Of a stretch of DNA of 64,000 bases, positions 1-16,602 are shown piece by piece. The notes beneath the pieces are model-generated. The model was not told the origin of the DNA and searched no databases. It saw only the letters and a list, made by a program, of their open reading frames with translations. The stretch comes from Octopus vulgaris. Taxonomy: Eukaryota. The position numbers and the translations under genes were made by a program. The stretch is taken from positions 2,480,001-2,544,000 of the forward strand of contig OX597819.1 in assembly GCA_951406725.2 (NCBI GenBank). Direction: 5' to 3'. Positions within the stretch are counted from its first letter, which is position 1. Every line of letters starts with the position of its first letter.

Positions 1-168
1 GGTCTTTTCCCGATTATTGGAATGCCTTCAAGGATTTAGCCAGTAATTATTTTTAAGTTTGGTACTTATTTCATCAATGTGTATATGTCGAACGTCACCT
101 TATGATGCCTCAACAACATATGCTAATTCAAACGGCATAAACATATGAACACTCACACATACAAACCT

Positions 169-278
<110 letters not shown>

Positions 279-381
279 GCGCACACATGCATGCATGCTT
301 ACATACATGCATACATACAATGAGATTTCAAGCTGTTTTTAATCTAACAAATTTCGCATAAATTATTTATCTACTCGACAT

Positions 382-480
382 TATAGTAGAAAACACTTGC
401 CCGAGTTGCTATGCGGTGGGACCAAACCAAAAACAACAAGGTTAAGAAGCAAACTTTTTAGTTATGCCGCCATCCCTACT
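382..480 (-). mobile_element. Degenerate tRNA-derived SINE head fragment (family of 45675-46048)
   Basis: tatagtagaaaacacttgcccgagttgctatgcggtgggacc aligns with tatagtagaagacacttgcccaaggtgccacgcagtgggact at 45947-45990. Confidence 0.65.
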
Positions 481-2042
481 TGTGTATAAGTGATATGATT
501 CTGTAGAATCATCAGCTCAGTGAAGCAGCTAATGTATTTCGTTCGTTGTGACTCTGTTCAAATCTAGCCGTAGGAACTTTTCTCTGATATGAAAATATGG
601 ATGTAATGCAGCTTATTAAAGTTTTACGAATGTAGTTTTCCAATAGCAGAATAATTTCATAGATAGTTTATGTCTTCGATTTTATTCCATAGTAATGATA
701 ACATCATTCAAGGTAGGAGTAGCCAATGTATAACAAGGAATAGTGCTTTCAGAAATGTTGTCATCTAAGACTGCACATTCTGTACTACTTGTGTGGTTTT
801 TTATACCGTCTAAGAAATACACAATTTCTAAAGAAATTGTGTATTTCAATATATAATTTCAAAAGAAACAATGTATGTATTCCATTGTTCTTTATACACT
901 TCCACCTATCTAATGGTTTTCAAAACAACCGTGGAATTTCCACGGGTGCAGTTAGTTATATATTAATTAAATGTTTCTAACTAGATGTGTAATACACATC
1001 GTAGCTTCTTTCATCCATCAAATAACTTCAAAATATAAATATAAATCAATTAAAACTTACTGAACAAAAGACATCAACTTCTTCACAAAGCATTTTGAAC
1101 CAGTGACTGAATTGATATAATAAAGATGGTGATTTTAGAATGAATTAGAATACAATGTTTGCTTTTTCTGGTGGCTTACATTGATATTCGGAATTTCTAT
1201 ATTTCTGCATACATCTAACAATCAATTCTTTAACATTCAAGATTAATATATATTTTTAGAGACAGCCCTAAGTTAATGCTTACTTGAAATTGTTGTAGTT
1301 CTTGCCATCCGATATATGTATAAGATAATACATGGTATTTTATCAATCGTGAAATACGATATTTATACCACACGTAACTGAAAATTTTACGTTTGAAATA
1401 TGTATATATTTGTTTTCTACAAATAACTTTCTATAAAAAAAAGTGAATGATTGTCAGAAATTGGAAAACGATACACTGCAAATAATCACAGCTTAACAGA
1501 ATAGCTCTATCGAAAGACGCTTGCTACACATGTTCAAGATTGATTTCTATGATCACTTAAGATGTGATATCCAGCCAATATACATTACATTATGATGTCA
1601 AGGATTTTTAATAGGATATTAGCTTAGACGATAATATCAATCAAATGTTATTGACAGCATATGACTGAATGGAGAAGCGACGATTACTATTTAAAGTGTA
1701 TTTTGCTTAATAGTGTTTTTAATAATCAATTATATCCTAGTAACTATTTTAGCATATTTAAATTAATATTAATTATATCACTATAACTCGTCCGTTGTAA
1801 CATGTTGTTATACTGACATCGCGTATTTCAATAAATGCATACATATGTAAGTAATACATATAAGATGATGACTGTTCCATCATATCAGACAATAGGCATC
1901 TCATATGACACATCTATGTATCATTAGAATGATTAAACACAAGCTGATTAAACTAAAAAAAAAACACCAATAAATTTACGGATTTGAATTTAGAATTTTC
2001 TTTTTTTCAAGTGTTTTGCTGTGCGTCAAGAAACAAACTTCA

Positions 2043-2502
2043 ATATATATATATGTTTATATTTATATGTATATATGTGTATATATTTATATATGTATAT
2101 ATGTATATATATATAAATATATATATATATGTATATGTATGTATATGTGTCTATATATATATATATATATATATTACATATGTATGTATGTATATATAGC
2201 CTTGGCAGAGGGGATAGTCGATTACATCGACTTCGGTACTTAACTGCCGCTTAATTTATCCACCTCGAAAGGATGAAAGGTAAAGTTGACCTCGGCGGAA
2301 TTTGAACTCAGAACGCAGCGACGGGCGGAATACCGCTGAGGATATCGTCCAGCGTGCTGACAGTTCTGCTAATAATATTATGCGTGTGTATATGCATATG
2401 CATATATGTGTGTGTGTATGTGTGCATATATATGTACATATATACATATGTATATATATATGTATATATGTATGTATGTATATATGTATGCATATACATA
2501 TG

Positions 2503-2591
<89 letters not shown>

Positions 2592-2743
2592 GTATATATA
2601 TGTAAGTATATATATATGTATATATATTTACATATATATGTATATGAATATATATATATGTATGTAATATATGTATATATATATACATGTGTGCATATAT
2701 ATGTGTATATATATGTATATATATATATTTGCATATATATATG

Positions 2744-2774
<31 letters not shown>

Positions 2775-2817
2775 ATATATATGTGTATATATATGTATAT
2801 ATATATATTTGCATATA

Positions 2818-2859
<42 letters not shown>

Positions 2860-2913
2860 CACATATATGTATATATATATGTGTGAGTATATATGTGTGT
2901 ATATATGTGTATA

Positions 2914-3012
<99 letters not shown>

Positions 3013-3045
3013 ATTGTGTGTGTGTGTATAAATATATATATATAG
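2043..3045. repeat. Compound (TA)n/(TG)n/(TATG)n microsatellite region interrupted by a SINE fragment
   Basis: Visible low-complexity runs with locally duplicated ~80-bp blocks at 2690-2850. Confidence 0.95.
2212..2372 (-). mobile_element. tRNA-derived SINE, partial (family of 18257-18486)
   Basis: cgaaaggatgaaaggtaaagttgacctcggcggaatttgaactcagaacg is the reverse complement of the SINE core at 18320-18375. Confidence 0.85.
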
Positions 3046-3134
3046 TTCATAGATGAGAATCAGATATTCTCCATAGAGAATAGGCTTAGTTGTGCTCAAA
3101 GGTTTTCAGATTGTGCGGGTAAGGAAATAAATGT

Positions 3135-3652
3135 AATGATATATATACATATATGTGTGTATGTATGCATGTATGTAAGTATGTATATATGTATAAATGC
3201 AGATTTGTATGTTTTGTTTTATGTGTATGTATGTATGTATGTATGTATGTATGTATGTATGTATGTATGTATGTATGTATGTATGTATGTATTTATGTAT
3301 ATGAATGGGAGATGGTGGGTCTACAATATTTGCGGTCGTGTAAGTTTATGAAGAGCTGGGCTCATTAGTCACCAGTTTTCAAATAATTAAAATACAAGAT
3401 CACACACACACACAGACGCGCGCACACACACACACGTATATAGCTATATGTATATATATGCATATGTATATATGAATATATATATGCATGTATGTATATA
3501 TATATATGTACATATATATATAAATATATATACATGTATTTATATATATGTATATGAATATATATATGCCTGTATGTATATATACATGTATATATATATA
3601 TGGATATATATATGCATGTATGTATATACATATATGAATATATATATGCATT

Positions 3653-3685
<33 letters not shown>

Positions 3686-3690
3686 GTATG

Positions 3691-3736
<46 letters not shown>

Positions 3737-3752
3737 TACATATATACATATA
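3135..3752. repeat. Compound (TATG)n/(TA)n/(CA)n microsatellite
   Basis: Visible runs. Confidence 0.93.
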
Positions 3753-6048
<2,296 letters not shown>

Positions 6049-6059
6049 GAATGTATACA

Positions 6060-8190
6060 GTAGATTCAAATCTATACTAGAAAAAAATTTTCCAACCTCT
6101 CATAAATATCATAGAATAATTTCTAAGAGAACAGTTAGGATTTCATATTCAACCCTCCCAAATATGTCCACCATAATAGCTAGACTTAATAGTAAAAACA
6201 TTAAATTAGCCAGGAGTAGTAAGATTAGTATCAACATGAATAGTAATAATAATTGTAATAATAGTATCAAAAATAAAAATAATAATAATAATAATTATCA
6301 AAATGAGAGCAACAACAATAATAATAATATCAATAATATTAATAGAAATAATTATAATGATAAAAATAGGGATAGTATTAATAAAAATAATACCAAAAAT
6401 GATGATAGCAATAATATCTATAGCAGTAATAATAACTTTGATATAAATACAAATAATAATAACAGCAATAACAATAATGTAGGTAATAGAGGTATTGTTA
6501 TGTTAGATGTGAATGATAGTGTGAATGGATCAATAAATAGTAACCCCACTTTGGATAACAATATTACCTATAATAATGAAAATAATATTTATAATAATTT
6601 GAATAACAGCAATGTGAGAGAACTGTCCTTAAATAATTCCAAATCTGAAAATTATCCCCCCATTTGCAATTGTCGGATTAGATCAAATTGTCCGGCATCT
6701 GGTCGTTGTTCAGTTCAAAATGTAATCTATAAATGTACTATAATAACTTCTAATAGTAACTTTTTTTACATCGGTTGTTCAATTAATTTTAAACAGATAA
6801 TTGACAATTATCTTTCCTCTTTCCGATTAGATCATAAGGCAGGTTGCACTACACTATCTAGCAAAATTTGGGAACTCAAAACTAATAATATTAAACATAA
6901 CCTAAAATGGGAAATAGTTAGAAGGGCAATACCTTACGGAAATAATAGAGTAGGCTGTCAACTCTGTTCTATGGAGACCTACGAGATCTTAAATTATAGA
7001 AAAAATAAAAATCTACTAAATAATCGTCTAGAGTTAGGTTGTCTTGCAGTCATTCAAAAATCAGAACATTAAAATATTTTAAATAGAAATTTGAAGGTTT
7101 TCCTATTGTTTTCTAACTGTATCTTTTTAATATAATAATAAATAGAAAATATACTATGCCAACTTTTAATTGACTTGATAGTCAACTAAATTAACTAAAT
7201 TAAGAATTGCACATTTTCCCAATTCTATTCTAAATTTAACATGTAATACTATTCCCTCAGTTATAATTTGATTTTCACTATAAATTTGAATAGGTACTGT
7301 TCCCCTACCATTTGCTATAGAATTTAATTGACCTCTAGATAGTGATCTAGATTCTTTCTCACCATATAAAAATAAAAGTTAAAATAAAGATAAAAATAAA
7401 AATAAATAGCCTTCTATTCTAGTGTTAACCTTGATTTTCTTACTGTATCTTTCTCTGCCGATAACCTAAGACCCTCTTATAGCTTTCCTTATATCTCCCT
7501 TTCTCCTAACTCTTGCTATAAATTCTGATGGCTTTCATTTGAAAGCAAGATTTGGTCAACCTCACAGTCTCTTAAGAATTTAATGTTCCTCCCACACTGA
7601 CCTAAATTTTCTGTCACCATAGAAATAGACTGACCCTTCTTTCTAGTGTCAATCTGTCTTTGTCCTTTTACATCCCCCAAATTTTTTCCCCTTCTGTTCT
7701 TTTCTCCAGCTAATCTGCTTCCTCAACCTACCCTACTACCATTCCTATCACTAAAGAAATTTTTCTTGAAACAGTTAAATGTGAACTTAATCTTGGTCTG
7801 ACTGGCATCCTTCTTCATGTTTCCTGAAATTCATATCCACAACTTTATCGGTATATTTACCTGCTCTGGTATGTTACTAATTGATTTGAGAACTTTACAT
7901 TGTTGGAAAACATATATGAACTTAATCTTAGTTTGCTTGGCATCCGACTTCAAGTTCCTGAAATATTCCAAAATTCCACAATAACCTGGATATAAAAGCA
8001 TCTGTAACTAAACTGATACCAATAACTGCTTTCTGTGATTAAAATGTCTGGTTAATGTGACAGAGCATACTAATATTTAGTTACCACTAGCTTTCGTGAG
8101 CGTGACCACGGAACCCTTTAAATAACAAACTATTTCAGGAACACTGATTGCCAAGGCTAGTGCTAGGCTATTCAACAACTAATCCGGTCC
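6060..8190 (+). mobile_element. 5'-truncated Penelope-like element: linker, Cys motif, GIY-YIG endonuclease and AT-rich 3' region
   Basis: Upstream [27 protein letters not shown], then [17 protein letters not shown]...[17 protein letters not shown] and CQLC..E. Homologous to 56730-57270. The 3' boundary is uncertain. Confidence 0.85.
6164..7072 (+). pseudogene. PLE GIY-YIG endonuclease ORF fragment with long Asn-rich linker (302 aa open)
   Basis: ORF track shows VIY/YIG motifs preceded by ~130 Asn-rich codons. Confidence 0.85.
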
Positions 8191-8196
8191 GCCAAT

Positions 8197-8497
8197 ATGT
8201 TCCTCCTCTCCCAGCCGTACAATTGCGTCTTCTTTCAGTCCTACAATATACATCCCCTTCTTTCAGCACCACAATGTGTTATCTCTTCTCCCAACCTTAC
8301 AATGTCCTATCGTTTTTCCAGCCCTGAAATTGCACCAGTCATTCAAGGTGCGTCCTATTTTTCCCTGTCCCAAAATATGTGCTCTTTCTCTTCCCAACCT
8401 TATATTGTGTACCCTTCTGCAGTCCTACAGTGGGCACCCTCTTTTACCGCCCCAACAATGTGCGCTCTCTTCTCCCAGCCCTACAGTGTGTGCCCAC
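8197..8497. repeat. Degenerate ~27-28 bp C-rich minisatellite (~10 units; consensus about TGTGCGCTCTCTTCTCCCAGCCCTACAA)
   Basis: Recurring ..ttct(c/t)(c/t)cag(c/t)cctacaatg.. motif. Confidence 0.75.
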
Positions 8498-9103
8498 TTC
8501 TAGTGATACATTGTTCCTCCACGTATTCTACAAATTCCTCAACCCAACACTTTCTTCACACCAACTGAAAATCGTTGTCGAAAAATTATAATTAATTGTA
8601 CATAAGAAAGCTATTGTTTGATGATGATGTTTATGACCGTGTAAACCAGTTATCTGACAGTATTATTATTTTTCAAGCTAAATCATTTAACAAGTCATAT
8701 TTTTAGCCTATTTTAACCTTTTTTCATCTTCCTTACCCCCATCCTCAACTCTGTCTTCCTTTATGCTTCATTCTGGGGATAAATTGTTCAGAAATTGTGT
8801 GATGTCTTCTTTGCTAAATTTTCCCCGCTGGCAAGTAGTCATAGCTCATTAGTTTCATACATTTAGTCATTAAACAATTACAATATATATACTTTCCGAA
8901 GTTTATGCATATGTAGGGATCAATAATCTATGAGGGCTTTACACCGCTGAGGATTCGATTTCCTTTTTTCCTAAAATCCCATTTATCAAATGTCATTCAG
9001 AAAAATTGTATTCATAAAAAATTTAAATCGCACAAATATTAAAACCAACATTTATTCCACACTGCTAGCAACGTGATATGTATATCTGCATATGTGTGTG
9101 TGT

Positions 9104-9147
<44 letters not shown>

Positions 9148-9932
9148 ATAAATATTAATGTTTATGCAATTCCTTTCAATGAGTTTTTTACGTAGACAAT
9201 CCATTCCTTGCCTTATAGAATTTCAACTTCATACACAACATTCGTAATTCCATCAACCCACATCATTTTGCATCAGGTCTTTTTCTTTTCTCTCTTTTCA
9301 TACAGGTTTGCGTTGATTTGGTTTTCAATTGGTTACCATACTGACCTACTTACATTCACATTTCAAATTTGCCTGGTACCAATGTAAGTTTCTTCAAAAC
9401 CTCGACATTCTCCAGAGTTTTAGCACAATGGTCATACTGCAAATATTTAGTTTATCTAAGTAAAAAACAAACATATATGTGTGTGTGAATATGTGTATTT
9501 ATATATCTTTGCATATACAAACGTATTTATGTGTATGTGTCTATTGATAAAATTTGCAGTATGTGTGCTTATTTATGTATCTATGCGTATATGAATGCAT
9601 GTGTCCCTTGATAAAATTTACAATACATATGTGTGTGCGTGCAGATACATACGTTTTAATACATTTTTATGTAGGAATAGTGCACCAGTGATGGGTACTT
9701 TACATTATACACAATCTGGTAACATTGTCAACTAACTCACATATATGTACATGCATATTCACAGATATATATGTATATATATTTATAGCACACACATATA
9801 TATATATGTATATATAGAGAGAGAGAAAGAGAGAGGAGAGAGATATTATTTTATTGTTTTACTTGTTTCAGTCATTTAACTGTGGTCATGCACCGCGCAC
9901 ACACTTATTAATATATATTTACCCATATATAT

Positions 9933-10066
9933 GTATAAAGATATCGAAGAGCTCCGCTCGAAACGTCATACCTTCCTGCTTCCATTTCCTGAGCGCCTAT
10001 TAATAATAATACTGTAATTGTTCCATTGTTGTTGTTTTTTTGTTTTCCCGTTTGGATTAAAATTAT
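9933..10066 (+). mobile_element. PLE pLTR-like fragment with degenerate minimal HHR (same family as 20725-21000)
   Basis: cgaagagctccgctcgaaacgtc followed by the tcctgagcgcctattaata...gtttggatta tail. The CUGA part of the core is lost. Confidence 0.6.
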
Positions 10067-10120
10067 ATGTATATATATATGTATATATATATGTATATAT
10101 ATATATGTATATATATATGT

Positions 10121-10152
<32 letters not shown>

Positions 10153-11461
10153 GTATATATATGTGTGTGTGTGTATATATATATATATATGTGTGTGTGT
10201 GTATATATATATATATATGTATGTATATATATATATATATGTATAGGTATATATATGTATATTTATAAGTATACATAGGCATGTTTTTTATGCAGGAATA
10301 TATAATGTGTATATATTCCTTCTCTCTGCTGCAGTCATTCTTTCTGAACACACTCTTCTCCTCCACTACACACTCGCCCTTCCTACCATCCATATCACCC
10401 CCCTGCTCATTCTCACACCTGCACATACACATAAACGCATCCAGTTTCCACACACTCATACACGCACGTGCAAACTTACAGTCGTATATTTTCTTCTACA
10501 CATGGGCACTCGTTATTTTGATTGGCATCTTTTAATTACCCATTTCCTAAAATCTGCCTTCCACCTGTCCGTCTGTTTGAACATCACTCACCCTTTCAAC
10601 ACACCCTTTTTAGCGTGTCAAAACACATAGACACACGCCATTTCTGCTGTTTTTTTTTTCCTTTTGTATCCATTCCTCTCGAAATAATAATTTATTTCCT
10701 CTCTCACTTCCGTCCACCATTGTTTCTTCTTCTGTGTAACAACCAATGGTTTTCTACCTTCTCGATCATCTTCTCATTTCATCTTCATCTTGGGTTGTAC
10801 CATTCTTTCTGAAGTCATCTTCTAGATCCTTTGCTAATTTCTCTTGGCATTTTATAAGTTTGGTAGAGATTTTAACAATTGCTTTGAATTTTCTTTTCAG
10901 TAGGAATTCAAACATTTTATTATTATTTTTTTTTTCATTTTTCGAATTTTAGCACGTCAGGAACATCTACTTGCGTTTGCCTTCTCGTGTGTTTCATCAC
11001 CAGCACCTTTATTTCCACACTCTTACACAACACCTTACCTCCTCAGATTTACGATTTCACACTACGAACTTAACAGTTACACACACACACACGCACACAT
11101 ACACACACACACCGGCAACAACATACCTACAGCGAATACCAGTATATTTCCATATTTACATACATACATACATATGTACATACATACACTAACAAACCCA
11201 CAGCACTCATCCTTATGATAGCATCCCGACGAAGATACACTCTGATACACTCATCTATGTTCCCGCTCTTTTCTCCCTAATTAAATTCCACCCCCCATAG
11301 AATAGCATCTCCCATGCCTTATCACACTTCGCTTTCCACAATTACCCCTCTCCTTTCTGTCTTTGCCTTCTAATAAACTATTTCTCTTTCACGCTCTTAC
11401 CATACATTTCACTTTCCTTTTCATATTCTGATGCAGAACTAACGTCTAGCACTTTGTGGCA

Positions 11462-11501
<40 letters not shown>

Positions 11502-11514
11502 CTCTATCTCTCTC

Positions 11515-11690
11515 TTATGCTAGTATTTGTTCACCACCACCACTTGAAACAGGTGCTGTTTTATTTTCGTCATTGTAACTGAGCGGTTCTGAAAACGAGA
11601 TCGATATGATAATTACCAGTTTTAAAAATAAGTACTAAGTACTAAGATTCTCCAGCATAGTCACAGACCAATGAATGAAACAAGTAAATA
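11515..11690 (+). mobile_element. 3' half of tRNA-derived SINE (family of 51768-52190)
   Basis: ccaccaccacttgaaac...gtaactgagcggttc...ccagcatagtcacag...tgaaacaagtaaa matches 52000-52185. Confidence 0.7.
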
Positions 11691-12012
11691 TATAAGATAA
11701 TTGTATTTTATAGATGGATGGATGGATGCATTCGTATAAATTCATATACAACACGTTCGAGTACACTCGAACGTGGGAAAACACTTCGCTATGAGAATAG
11801 TCTCAGGAGAGAATATTCCTCCTGTGCAACATGTGTGAAGCATATTTACCTATCAATGACGTCATTCCATCGAAGGATACATGTGAGCGCGCACACACAC
11901 ACACACTCGATTTCACACACAGCCCTTATATATATAATTTTATCATATATGTACAATACAGGCACACACAAACACATATATTTATATATATGTATGTGTA
12001 TTTATATATATT

Positions 12013-12063
<51 letters not shown>

Positions 12064-12120
12064 ATTTATTTATATGTGAATATATATGTATATATATGTA
12101 TGTACGCATGTATGTATGTG

Positions 12121-12164
<44 letters not shown>

Positions 12165-12195
12165 TATATATGTATATATATATATACAGCATATA

Positions 12196-12445
12196 TTGGG
12201 TGGGTGCATAATTATTGCGGCATTTGTCAAGAAATTTTCATAAACAAAAACAACAACATATAACAAAATCATCTTTCAATGGTTATTCAGGAGCATATTC
12301 GTCATCTACTTCAAATTCCTGCTTCCCATTTGCTTGGCAGACGGTCAGACCGTCATTTAAATATGTTTTTGTTAAATATTGTCATTGTTTTTGTTTTAAT
12401 AAATTTTGTTGAAAAAAAAGCCGCAATAATCATGCATCAACCTTA
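12196..12445. mobile_element. mariner-derived MITE, copy 1
   Basis: TIR ttgggtgggtgcataattattgcggc / gccgcaataatcatgcatcaacc with TA flanks. The minus strand retains a transposase C-terminus (RLPSKWEA...EYAPE*). Confidence 0.85.
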
Positions 12446-12457
12446 TATGTATATGTG

Positions 12458-12488
<31 letters not shown>

Positions 12489-12619
12489 ATTTATATATAT
12501 ATATATTTATATGTATATATGCATATATATAATTATATGTATATATATATATACATATAAATATATATATAGATACATATATATATGTATATATATGTAT
12601 GTATACATATATATGCATT

Positions 12620-12688
<69 letters not shown>

Positions 12689-12702
12689 GTATGTGTGTGT
12701 GT

Positions 12703-13205
12703 ATTTTTCAGTGTTTACAAGCAACACGGAAAAATAAATAGAGTTACCAAGGTAGAAAAAATTCATACAAGTATGTAACAGGCTACTTTAAATATAGAAA
12801 ATCCAGGTCTAAGTGAAGTGTTTTTGAATAATATAAATACATAAATGCATGTAGTTAAACGCTGGTGTTATTTAAATCTTTTTACTTCCGACATATGTTT
12901 CGAAGAAAACATTGATATTATTCCAAAATGGTTTAAAAGGATGCAAACTTCTCATTATGGATAGAAAGAAACCAAACACAATCAGAACTTGCGAGCGTTT
13001 CCTTCATCATATACGCAGTGATCACAATCTTTTAAAATGTCTTATTGGCGTGTTTGGTTATTTTTCTTCCTTATTGAGAAGATTACATTGTTTTACTCCA
13101 TTTCATTCCTTCTGGAATGGTATTAATGTTTTCTTCGAAACATGTGACGGGATTAAAAAGAATTAAATAACACCTTTTTGTTTAACTCCATTTATTTAAT
13201 TAACT
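12703..13205. mobile_element. Non-autonomous element with two divergent hammerhead motifs in inverted repeats, copy A
   Basis: 12841-12925 is the reverse complement of 13112-13197. Degenerate HHRs lie at 12885-12963 (-, core AUAAUGA) and 13066-13153 (+, core UUAUUGA). Homologous to 17488-17985. Confidence 0.75.
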
Positions 13206-13212
13206 ATATGTG

Positions 13213-13263
<51 letters not shown>

Positions 13264-13270
13264 GTATATG

Positions 13271-13302
<32 letters not shown>

Positions 13303-13303
<1 letters not shown>

Positions 13304-13844
13304 TTCCTCTAGTTTCAGCTCAGAGCTGTGGCCATACTAATGCACCGCCGTTTTGCTACACTGTTATTACTAAGAACCTCCTCTAATATGTGGAACTTGA
13401 TGAAGCATGGAGTTTGATATAGCTACCCTCATTTACACCTATTGCCGAGGTAGGTTTATCAGGGACTCTCGACAGGAAGAGGTCCAGATTTGATTTTAAA
13501 ACCCCTACATCTATTTTATGCGAAACCCTCAAAATCTTTGGGACCATATTGAAAGGCTGTGGGCCCTTGAAACCCAGGCTGTTGCAATAACTGGTCCTCA
13601 ATAGTGATAGCATTGCTGGGACCTTTGGTACTCTGCAGTGTCGTCCCGTTCTGGCATTTGTGTAGCTTTCAATGCCAAACTTCGGCAAAATTCATTCCAG
13701 ATATATATTACTGCCTACCTCCCCGTCTTTTCTCCAGGGAGTAGAGTCTTAGCTGTTTCAAACTTTCCCAGTAGCTGAGCTGTTACAAAGAGACGATCTT
13801 TTTTGTGATTCTTCTCTGGATTGCTTCAAGGTCCGCTGTTAATT
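13303..13844 (-). mobile_element. 3' fragment of the same CR1-group LINE as 3753-5055
   Basis: Reverse complement aligns with ~4500-5050 (SYTNARTGRHC..PK, SLGFKGPQ, same 3' stem-loop). Confidence 0.92.
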
Positions 13845-13964
13845 ACACACTTTATATTTATTTATATATATGTATATATATGTATGTATATATATATATA
13901 GGTATTTATATATATTTGTACATATATATATTTTTATATAAAAAAGTATATATGTATGTATCGA

Positions 13965-14014
<50 letters not shown>

Positions 14015-14064
14015 TATGCATATGTGTATATATGCATATGTCTATGTGTGTATATATATGTACT

Positions 14065-14115
<51 letters not shown>

Positions 14116-14218
14116 TTATATATGTATGTATGTATATATGTATATATATATATATGAATGTATACATAAATATATATATGTATTTATGTATATATGTATG
14201 TATGTATGTATGTATATA

Positions 14219-14461
14219 TTGGGTTGATGCATAATTGCGGCTTTTATTCAAGAAATTTTATTCAACAAACACCACAACGTGTAACAAAACTAACTTTTTA
14301 AAATAATTTCGGAGCATATTCATCATCTTCTTCAATTAGTGCTTCACATTTGCTTGGCAGGCAGGGAGACCTTCATCTAAAAATGTTTTTGTTAAATATT
14401 GTTATTTTTTTGTTGGATAAAATTTTTGTAACATAGTCGCAATAATCATGCACCAACACAA
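14219..14461. mobile_element. mariner-derived MITE, copy 2
   Basis: Same TIRs and internal sequence as 12196-12445. Confidence 0.85.
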
Positions 14462-14463
14462 TA

Positions 14464-14542
<79 letters not shown>

Positions 14543-14579
14543 ATAGGTATATGTATGTAAACGTATATATATATGTATT

Positions 14580-14626
<47 letters not shown>

Positions 14627-14709
14627 ATGTTGCCTAGGTAACAGTTAGAGGGGTTATATATATGTATATATATATATATATATATGAATGCATGTAAAAG
14701 TTATATATG

Positions 14710-16050
14710 TGTTAAGATCAAGGATAGCTGACTTCCTAGAGACCCACAAACTCCTAAATGCAAATCAGCATGGCTTTTGCTGTGGCAGGGACTGTCTAAC
14801 ACAGCTCTTATACCACGTTGAAGATATACTCAAGGCCTTGGGAACAAGTTCGAACTCTGGTGTTATATATCTTGACTTCAGTAAAGCGTTCGACAGGGTT
14901 GACCATAATATCCTACTCTCAAAATTGGCAAATGTTGGAATCCTAGCGAATAGAACACAACATGTTGTTGTTGATGGAGTCCACTCAAGCCCAGCAAAAG
15001 TCACCAGCGATGTCCCCCAGGGGACTGTCTTGGGCCCGCTACTCTTTATAATTTACATAAACGACGTTTCCAGTGTCGTACATTACTGCAAAGTGAAAAT
15101 ATTTGCTGATGACACTAAGCTCCAGCAAATCATCAATGAAGAAGTAGACCGAACTCAACTCCAGTCTGATCTATATGCTGTGAGTCAATGGGCAAACAGA
15201 AACAAAATGCAACTGAACGAGGGAAAATTTGAGCTGATGCATTTTGGAAGAAATTCCTCACTAAAACAGCCATACTCTCTTCCTTCAGGGGAACCGCTCA
15301 CAGCCTCTAACAATATCAGAGACCTGAGAGTAATTGTTGATGACGATCTTAGTTGGAGTGCACACATCAACAATAAGGTCGATATAGCTCGTAGGATGAG
15401 TTCCTGGATCTTAAGAACTTTCCGGTCCAGAGAACAATGTGTCATCATACCACTCTTCTCCTCCTTTGTACGGCCACACCTCGAATACTGCTGCCCACTG
15501 CGGTCTCCTCATACAAGATAAAACATCTCGAGGATTGAATCACTCCAGAGGGCACTCACTCAACGAATTGAAGGCATGGCTGCTCTCGATTATTGGGATC
15601 GCCTTAAAATCTTGAAACTCTACTCTACCCAGCGTCGCCGTGAGCGGTACATCATTTGTACGATGTGGAGAATATACCGCCAACTTTGCCCAAACTACCT
15701 ATCCAAAACTGGGACCACGGGCCATGCGTCCCCTGCCCAATTCAAGATCACAGCATACATGTACACTGCAACATAATTTCTTTTCCTCAACAGGCCCTGC
15801 CCTATTTAACATTGTCCTGAAAGAGATCAAAGAGGAAAAGGATCCCATCAACTTTAAACGGAGTCTGGATAGATTCCTTCAAGGAATACCAGATAAGCCA
15901 CCCATAATTGGATACAACACACCCAACAAAAACTCACTACTTGAATGGACCATAAACAAAACTTGACTTAAACAGGATTTAAATAATCCTATCAGGGGGT
16001 GCTATTAAGTTAGACATGGCCTGGACCAACCTTTGGTCGAAACATTACGT
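14710..16050 (+). mobile_element. 5'-truncated CR1-group LINE, second family (RT pseudogene)
   Basis: QHGF, IYLDFSKAFDRVDH, VPQGTVLGPLLFIIYIND, FADD, HLEYCCP and LYSTQRRRERY. 3' stem-loop gaccaacctttggtcgaaac. Confidence 0.93.
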
Positions 16051-16084
16051 TTTATGTATTTATGTCTATATGTATGTATATATG

Positions 16085-16119
<35 letters not shown>

Positions 16120-16162
16120 GTATGTATAAATCTAAGTAGGTATATATATATATGTAAGCATA

Positions 16163-16225
<63 letters not shown>

Positions 16226-16228
<3 letters not shown>

Positions 16229-16353
16229 ATCAATATAGGGTGGCAAAAAAAATTTTGTAGAATTCTTTTGCCACCAGCGGCCTAGTAGGAAAAAAAGGCC
16301 GCTGGTGGCAAAAGAATTCTACAAAATTTTTTTTGCCACCCTATATTGATTAA
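16226..16353. repeat. Perfect 58-bp inverted repeat (fold-back) with 12-nt spacer
   Basis: ttaatcaatatagggtggc...agcggcct / aggccgct...gccaccctatattgattaa. Confidence 0.95.
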
Positions 16354-16495
16354 TTATGAATTTTCTGGTTAGTTCCGTAATGGAATCGGTGGCTTATATT
16401 TATTTGCTGCCGATAAATTTGGCGCGAGTGCGACGATTTGAAAATTTTAGGTCAGATATTGCCGAGGTAGCAAAAATATCTGTTCCGACTTGGCT

Positions 16496-16602
16496 ATTTC
16501 TTACTGATGAGTCTAAGGGCCTATGGTGGATTGGCTTGATTTAATTTAATCAGGTTAGTTTACCATTAAACGGTAGATGAAACGGTGCATCGTCTAAGAA
16601 AT
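16496..16602 (+). ncRNA. Type I hammerhead ribozyme, canonical core, long helix II
   Basis: Helix I atttctta/taagaaat (8 bp), CUGAUGA, helix II gtcta..tagat enclosing a 19-bp G.U-rich hairpin, GAAA, helix III acggtgcatcgt. GUC site ends at 16594. Confidence 0.88.

Noticed and set aside
10690-10950. Minus-strand Lys/Glu-rich coding-like stretch
   Set aside because: It is interrupted by stops and has no recognisable motif. It may be a retroelement N-terminus but cannot be assigned.
16020-16045. gaccaacctttggtcgaaac as the helix II-GAAA half of a hammerhead
   Set aside because: There is no CUGAnGA upstream. It is the 3' stem-loop of the CR1-group LINE, paralleling 5031-5047.
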